Shown here piece by piece: positions 27,119 through 32,000 of a DNA stretch of 32,000 nt (position 1 is its first letter; each line of letters opens with the position of its first letter). The position numbers and the translations under genes were made by a program. The stretch covers positions 734,499 through 766,498 of the forward strand of contig JAWAHN010000001.1 in the NCBI GenBank assembly GCA_038889235.1. Direction: 5' to 3'. This DNA comes from Candidatus Jordarchaeales archaeon. GTDB taxonomy: Archaea > Asgardarchaeota > Jordiarchaeia > Jordiarchaeales > Freyrarchaeaceae. Below the pieces are notes generated by a model. That model searched no databases. It was not told the DNA's origin and saw only the letters and a list, made by a program, of their open reading frames with translations.

Positions 27119-28228
27119 ATGGTTGAACGATCGCCAGGCTCCCCGGCTAATGAAGACGTAGAGATGATTTCTCTGGAGAATAGAGAAGGAAGTGATGAAA
27201 CTATTTTCTATACGAGAAGTTTCTTCCCATACGAGTTCGTTGAAATATATTTATGCTGTTTTCACGAGACAAAGGGGCACTTAATACTTTTTGCCATACC
27301 TAACGAGCTGAAGAAAAACAAATCAATCATTAGGCTCCTCCAACGACATCCCGTTTGGTGGTTGGATGCTAACGAATTTAAGGAAAACGTGGATCACATC
27401 GACATGGAATTCGGCGGGAAAGTGTATTCTGCAACGAAATTTACTGCGAAATCCCTTAGGAAAAAAGAGAGAGCGGGTACAATAGAGTCAGAAGAAGTTT
27501 TCGTGCTCATAGTAAGCACTCCCGCTGCTGTAGCAAAACCCCTGGGTGAAGAACTTCTCAAAGTACTAAAAGAGAAAATACAAGAGAAAATGCACGAAAG
27601 CCTTTATATACTTATTTTAGCTGAAGAAGCTAATTTCAAGCCTATTAAAAGCGAGAAAGACAGAGAGATAATAGAGGAGGGCAAACGAGTAACAGCTATG
27701 CTAGAAGAAATATGTGCCTCAGCGATACCTGAGATCTCTCGAAAAATTGTGGAGTCACTTCAGTTTGATGCTGAAAAACAAAAAAGTCTTGTTTACTTTA
27801 TTCTCAGTCAAATTTACAAAGAGCAAAAACCAGTAAGAAGCGTCACTCTCTCTGAAGCGACAACGAAACAGAACCAAGTTGAACTGGTGCGTGAAAACCC
27901 TGTGGAGTTGGAGAGTATAGAGCTTATTGATCACGGGAAAAAACTTAAGATAACAATTAAAAATTCTTCTGAAAAAGGGCTCGAAAACATTAGAATAACA
28001 ATAAGTCACATACAAGATTTCTTTGAAACTTACTCGTGGTCAACTAATGTGGAGTTATGGTTCCCGCTAGAAAGCCTCGTCTTTGTTTTTCCGCGAGTAG
28101 ACAATAATGGAGAGTATATAGTTAAGGTAGAAAATGCGACAAGAAACCTTCTGCTAAAAAGAATATCGGTGAAGGAACTGTTGAAAAAAGGAAAAGGCGA
28201 AGTAGAAAGAATAGAAGACATATATTAG
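27119..28228 (+). CDS. Putative uDENN/longin-like protein with C-terminal beta-sandwich appendage
   Basis: EIYLCCFHETKGHLILFAIP resembles the first strands of uDENN/longin domains (xFD-x3-GP-x5-P). The C-terminal residues 261-361 are ~36/101 identical, ungapped and counted by hand, to the tail of 18540..20039. Confidence 0.55.
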   Translation: MVERSPGSPANEDVEMISLENREGSDETIFYTRSFFPYEFVEIYLCCFHETKGHLILFAIPNELKKNKSIIRLLQRHPVWWLDANEFKENVDHIDMEFGGKVYSATKFTAKSLRKKERAGTIESEEVFVLIVSTPAAVAKPLGEELLKVLKEKIQEKMHESLYILILAEEANFKPIKSEKDREIIEEGKRVTAMLEEICASAIPEISRKIVESLQFDAEKQKSLVYFILSQIYKEQKPVRSVTLSEATTKQNQVELVRENPVELESIELIDHGKKLKITIKNSSEKGLENIRITISHIQDFFETYSWSTNVELWFPLESLVFVFPRVDNNGEYIVKVENATRNLLLKRISVKELLKKGKGEVERIEDIY

Positions 28229-28286
28229 GTTGAGCGCAGAAGCAGATGACAGAAAGATTTTTCTTTAACACAGCGACGGGCGAACG

Positions 28287-29576
28287 CTACATTACCTCAA
28301 GCACTTTTCCTGTTCCTTGGGGAGCTACTATTTCTCCATGTTCCATTACAATAACGCCGTTAACTATCGTTATTTCGGGTTTTCCTTTCGTCTTCCATCC
28401 TTCGAAGGGTGAATATTTGGCCTTCGAATAGAACTTTTCAGGTTTAATTTTATCCTTTTTCTTCAAGTCAATAATAGTTAGATCTGCGTCATATCCTTCC
28501 TCTATTCTTCCCTTGTTTTCAATTCTGAAGAGCCGAGAAGGGTTTTCGGAGAAAACTTCAACTAACTTTTGTAAAGTTATCCTTCCTTTATTAAGTTGAG
28601 TTAACATTAATGGGAGGGTAGTTTCTAGTCCTGGAAATCCTGGTGCCGCTTCATTGAGCCGTGCTTCTTTCTCGTCCTTTAGATGAGGAGCGTGATCACT
28701 TGCAAGCACATCAATTGTTCCATCGTTGAGAGCTGTCCAAAGAGCCTTTATATCCTCGTTACTCCTTAGAGGGGGGAGAACCTTTAAAAGAGAACCCTTT
28801 TTCTCCAGGGCTTCTTGGGATAGCAAAAGGTGGTGGGGGGTTACCTCACATGAAAAATGGGGAAAAAAGAGTTTCATTTTCTTTACAATCTCTATGGTAG
28901 ACTTCGATGTGATGTGGCACAAGTGTAATTGGCAACTCGTTTTGATTGCCATCTCTATGTACAGTAGGGCGGCTGTTGTTTCTATGTAGGAAGAGTGTAA
29001 TTGAAGGAAGCTGCGGGGGGAGTTGTAGGTTTCTTCTACTGGGAGCTCGGGGTGAACGGCCACTGGTTTTCGGTTTAAGGCAGCGGCTTCGAAGAATGAA
29101 CGTAGAAGAGAAGATTTTTCTCTCAAAATTTCAGGGTAAACTTTGAAGGCTATTATGCCTTCGTGGATTATTTCCTTAACTTCTTCGGGTTTATGAGGGA
29201 AGAGAGCATAGAACCCGACGTTAACGACGGATTTCCGGCCGGCAATACGCTTCTTCATTTTTATTACTTCAGCGGAGTCCGTCCTAGGAATAGTGTTTGG
29301 CATATCTAAAACTGTTGTTATTCCACCTGCTGCAGCCGCGCATGTTCCAGTGTAATAATCTTCTTTGTACGTTTGATTTAGATCCCTCAAATGGACGTGT
29401 ACATCTATTAGTCCAGGTAGAACCACCTTATGCCTTGCGTCTACGATTCTTTCTCCAGTGCCTTGGAATTGTTTGCAGACCTTGACTATCCTGCCGGAAG
29501 ATATTACTATTTCTCCTTCCACAATATGCTTTCTCCAGAAGAACCTGGCATTTCGTATCACGAGATCAGGCTGCAA
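28287..29576 (-). CDS. pyrC: Dihydroorotase (cyclic amidohydrolase family)
   Basis: PGLIDVHVHLRD, AAAAGGITTVLDMPNT, CEVTPHHL, KVLPPLR and ASDHAPH motifs. Confidence 0.9.
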   Translation of the reverse strand: MQPDLVIRNARFFWRKHIVEGEIVISSGRIVKVCKQFQGTGERIVDARHKVVLPGLIDVHVHLRDLNQTYKEDYYTGTCAAAAGGITTVLDMPNTIPRTDSAEVIKMKKRIAGRKSVVNVGFYALFPHKPEEVKEIIHEGIIAFKVYPEILREKSSLLRSFFEAAALNRKPVAVHPELPVEETYNSPRSFLQLHSSYIETTAALLYIEMAIKTSCQLHLCHITSKSTIEIVKKMKLFFPHFSCEVTPHHLLLSQEALEKKGSLLKVLPPLRSNEDIKALWTALNDGTIDVLASDHAPHLKDEKEARLNEAAPGFPGLETTLPLMLTQLNKGRITLQKLVEVFSENPSRLFRIENKGRIEEGYDADLTIIDLKKKDKIKPEKFYSKAKYSPFEGWKTKGKPEITIVNGVIVMEHGEIVAPQGTGKVLEVM

Positions 29577-29594
29577 TGCGAGACACCCTAGATC

Positions 29595-30395
29595 TTAAGG
29601 AAGCGAGAACCTGTTAGCCACTAGTCTCGTAAAGTCTGTTTTGGTGATTATTCCAACAAGGCGGCCCTCTTTACTTACTACGGGTGCTGCTTTGATCCGT
29701 TCTTTAACAAATTTTTCAACGGCAGAACTTATCTTTTCATCAGGCAAAAGGGGGGGTATCATTTTCATGACATTTGAGACTTCTATCTGCTTTATGCGTG
29801 TATCTTGATATCTTTCCGGGACGGCGTCGCGAAACTCTGCAAGATACCTTGCAATCATTCCTTCTGTTACGAAGCCGACAAGTTGTCCACTTTCGATGAC
29901 TGGTAAGCTACTTATCCCTTTTTCGAGCATTATTCGTCTAGCATTTGTTATTTTCTCGTAAGGAGGTATCGTTATCGGGTTTGGAGTCATAAGCTGCGAA
30001 ACTGTGATCGTTTTCACCTTCGAACAAAGTTTGGTCATCGTAGACTTTGTAACCAAGCCCACCAATTCGTCTTTCTCTACCACAGGGAGACCCGATATCT
30101 TTTTTTCTATCATTATTTTCGCTGCGTCTACAACATCCAGTTCGGGAGGAATCGTTATCGGATTAAGAGTCATGGCGCTTGAAACATGTATGCTCGACGC
30201 TTGGAGAGTCCCTATTCTACTAGAACCCAACCTGTCAAGTATGTCCCTCTCCGTTAGTATGCCGACAAGCTTCCCGTTATTCAATACTAATAGGCGGGAA
30301 ACTCTGTTTTTCACCATTAACTCTATTGCGAAGGAGAGAGAGGCGTCTTTATCAACAACGATAAGGTCTCTAGTCATAACCTCCTTGACTAACAA
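29595..30395 (-). CDS. Four-CBS-domain protein (archaeal type)
   Basis: Four repeats of the form LPVV/LLVL...LVGxxT. Confidence 0.9.
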   Translation of the reverse strand: MLVKEVMTRDLIVVDKDASLSFAIELMVKNRVSRLLVLNNGKLVGILTERDILDRLGSSRIGTLQASSIHVSSAMTLNPITIPPELDVVDAAKIMIEKKISGLPVVEKDELVGLVTKSTMTKLCSKVKTITVSQLMTPNPITIPPYEKITNARRIMLEKGISSLPVIESGQLVGFVTEGMIARYLAEFRDAVPERYQDTRIKQIEVSNVMKMIPPLLPDEKISSAVEKFVKERIKAAPVVSKEGRLVGIITKTDFTRLVANRFSLP

Positions 30396-30526
30396 GAAAG
30401 TTCACCCTTGTAAGTAAACATTTTTTTCGATATTCCTTGAACAAAGTTTTTATTAAAATCTTTTGAAAGACAACGGACATGTTGTGTTTTTATACGCTTT
30501 GTAAGCAACTCTTAAGGGGAGTATGG

Positions 30527-32000
30527 ATGACCTTATGGTCAAACTATGTCTATGGAGCTTTAATCATAACTTTACTAACCTTCTGTGTTTTATATGTAAG
30601 AGCGAGAAAAACTTATGTGGGAAGTTTCAGTAAGGGGGTGTACTACAAGCACTTTAAATGGGTTTTAGCGGCAGCTCTTAAAGTTGCCTACCTACCTATT
30701 CAAACAGCCCATAAAGGTGACAAGGGAGGCGAGCAGCAGTTCTTCCATCATTTCCAGCATTTTGTATCAATGTGGCAAGAAATAGATGAGGCAAGCTACG
30801 AGTTGAAAGTAACTGGAAAAGAGGTAGCAGTATTCTTCCACATTTTTGGTAAAAGTCTTTCGTTGTCTAGGGCTGCTAAAAAATTAAAGAAAAACATATT
30901 GTCTGTTAAGACGAGTTTAGAGACACGTTTTCCAGGACTTGTTCTTTCACCCATAACGTCAGACGAAGTTAAGGAAGTCTTTAAGTTGCATCATGGAAGA
31001 CCGGTCTCTGCTAAGAAAAAGATATTGAACGTAAAGCTCCCCGACGGAGAAAATAAGATCTGTGTTTTAATGCTTACAAAAAATGTTGATCAGTTCCATG
31101 GTGGGATAAGTCAGATAGATATGCTCGCCAGAAGTCTCATTCAGCTTGACGCTAATGTTAGCTTTGTGGTTTGTTTTAAACCTATAAAGAAAAAGTTTCT
31201 ATTGAAACACAATAAAGATGATCAAGTGCAGGCTGAAAAAGCAACAGGGTTGTGGAATACGTCATGTTACGTATTACTTGAGTTAACTAATGATGATGAG
31301 CTGGAGCTTAAAGTCTTACGACTTAAAAACATTCTATCAACAGTTTTTTCTGGTCCGACAGAAAAACCCGAGATAAAGGTGTTGCGAGGACGTACCTTAA
31401 AGAGAAAATATTATACTCTTTCGATGAGAGGATTTTTAGGAAAATCGTTTGAAATTACAAGCATAAAACTTTCAGCATTGACAGCTTTACCCGGAAAAGG
31501 AGTACCGGGTTTAAACTTAAGGGTCAAACCAGAGTTTAACATACCCCCTGAAAAACTGCTTCAGGGTGACGGTGTAAGAGTGGGATATGTCGTGTTTGAG
31601 GACAAAAAACTTTTCCCGTTTAACCTCAAACTAGAGCAGCTCAGAAAGGGTGTAGCGGTACTTGGAGCCATAGGTAGCGGAAAAACGCGAATGGTTATGA
31701 AGATTGCTAAAGATGTTATCGCCAATCACAAAATACCCGTACTTATATTTGAGAGCAAAGGAGAGTTCGCTTCCCTCATAAAGGAACTACCACCTGACGT
31801 ACTTGCCAAAACAATTATCTTGAGGCCAGGAAGCCCTTACGCGCCCTTAAAAATAAACTTATTTGACCCGGGCGACATGATCCCCGAGGAGTACGCTCGC
31901 CGTCTTTTCGGGTTACTCAGTGCTATTTTTCGTTCCCTGTTTAGAGAGGATAGTGAATTGACGGTTCAAATGGCGAGGGTACTAAACGAAGTACTCTTCG
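30527..32000 (+). CDS. HerA/VirB4/FtsK-like ATPase with N-terminal membrane anchor (partial, runs off the right edge)
   Basis: Absent from the ORF track. Open frame from ATG 30527 (AGGGGAG RBS) to the window end; N-terminal hydrophobic helix; Walker A GAIGSGKT at 31664-31687; LIFESKGEF and LKINLFDP are typical of HerA/VirB4-type ATPases. Confidence 0.8.
   Translation, partial: MTLWSNYVYGALIITLLTFCVLYVRARKTYVGSFSKGVYYKHFKWVLAAALKVAYLPIQTAHKGDKGGEQQFFHHFQHFVSMWQEIDEASYELKVTGKEVAVFFHIFGKSLSLSRAAKKLKKNILSVKTSLETRFPGLVLSPITSDEVKEVFKLHHGRPVSAKKKILNVKLPDGENKICVLMLTKNVDQFHGGISQIDMLARSLIQLDANVSFVVCFKPIKKKFLLKHNKDDQVQAEKATGLWNTSCYVLLELTNDDELELKVLRLKNILSTVFSGPTEKPEIKVLRGRTLKRKYYTLSMRGFLGKSFEITSIKLSALTALPGKGVPGLNLRVKPEFNIPPEKLLQGDGVRVGYVVFEDKKLFPFNLKLEQLRKGVAVLGAIGSGKTRMVMKIAKDVIANHKIPVLIFESKGEFASLIKELPPDVLAKTIILRPGSPYAPLKINLFDPGDMIPEEYARRLFGLLSAIFRSLFREDSELTVQMARVLNEVLF

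Overview
Chromosomal window from an archaeon, most likely a thermophilic Asgard lineage. That assignment is inferred from a Rag-like GTPase with a roadblock/longin-like tail, arrestin-fold, uDENN/longin-like, Yip1 and Rpn11/CSN5-like JAMM proteins, and a eukaryote-type SECIS. Housekeeping content: 2-oxoacid:ferredoxin oxidoreductase genes, SmAP3, rpl23, ogg, methanogen-type SerRS, LeuRS, TrpRS, mtnP, rps10, pyrC, a C25 peptidase and CBS proteins. Three things the ORF track misses stand out. (1) All four tRNA genes are heavily interrupted by bulge-helix-bulge (BHB) introns, 14 in total: tRNA-Asp(GUC) and tRNA-Phe(GAA) have four each, tRNA-Pro(UGG) and tRNA-Glu(CUC) three each. The Asp anticodon sits on a 5-nt micro-exon and one Glu intron splits the anticodon. 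(2) hdrA and mvhD are selenoprotein genes with two in-frame UGA codons each and 3'-UTR SECIS hairpins; one is eukaryote-type and one looks like a methanogen/eukaryote hybrid. (3) An unnamed ~100-aa C-terminal beta-rich domain recurs on an FrhB-like redox protein, an arrestin-fold protein and a uDENN/longin-like protein. The first two flank the Rag-like GTPase in one operon and the third follows a CBS gene, suggesting a candidate redox/energy-sensing GTPase signalling module. No CRISPR array, rRNA or clear mobile element was seen. All alignments and RNA folds were done by hand; no database searches were run.
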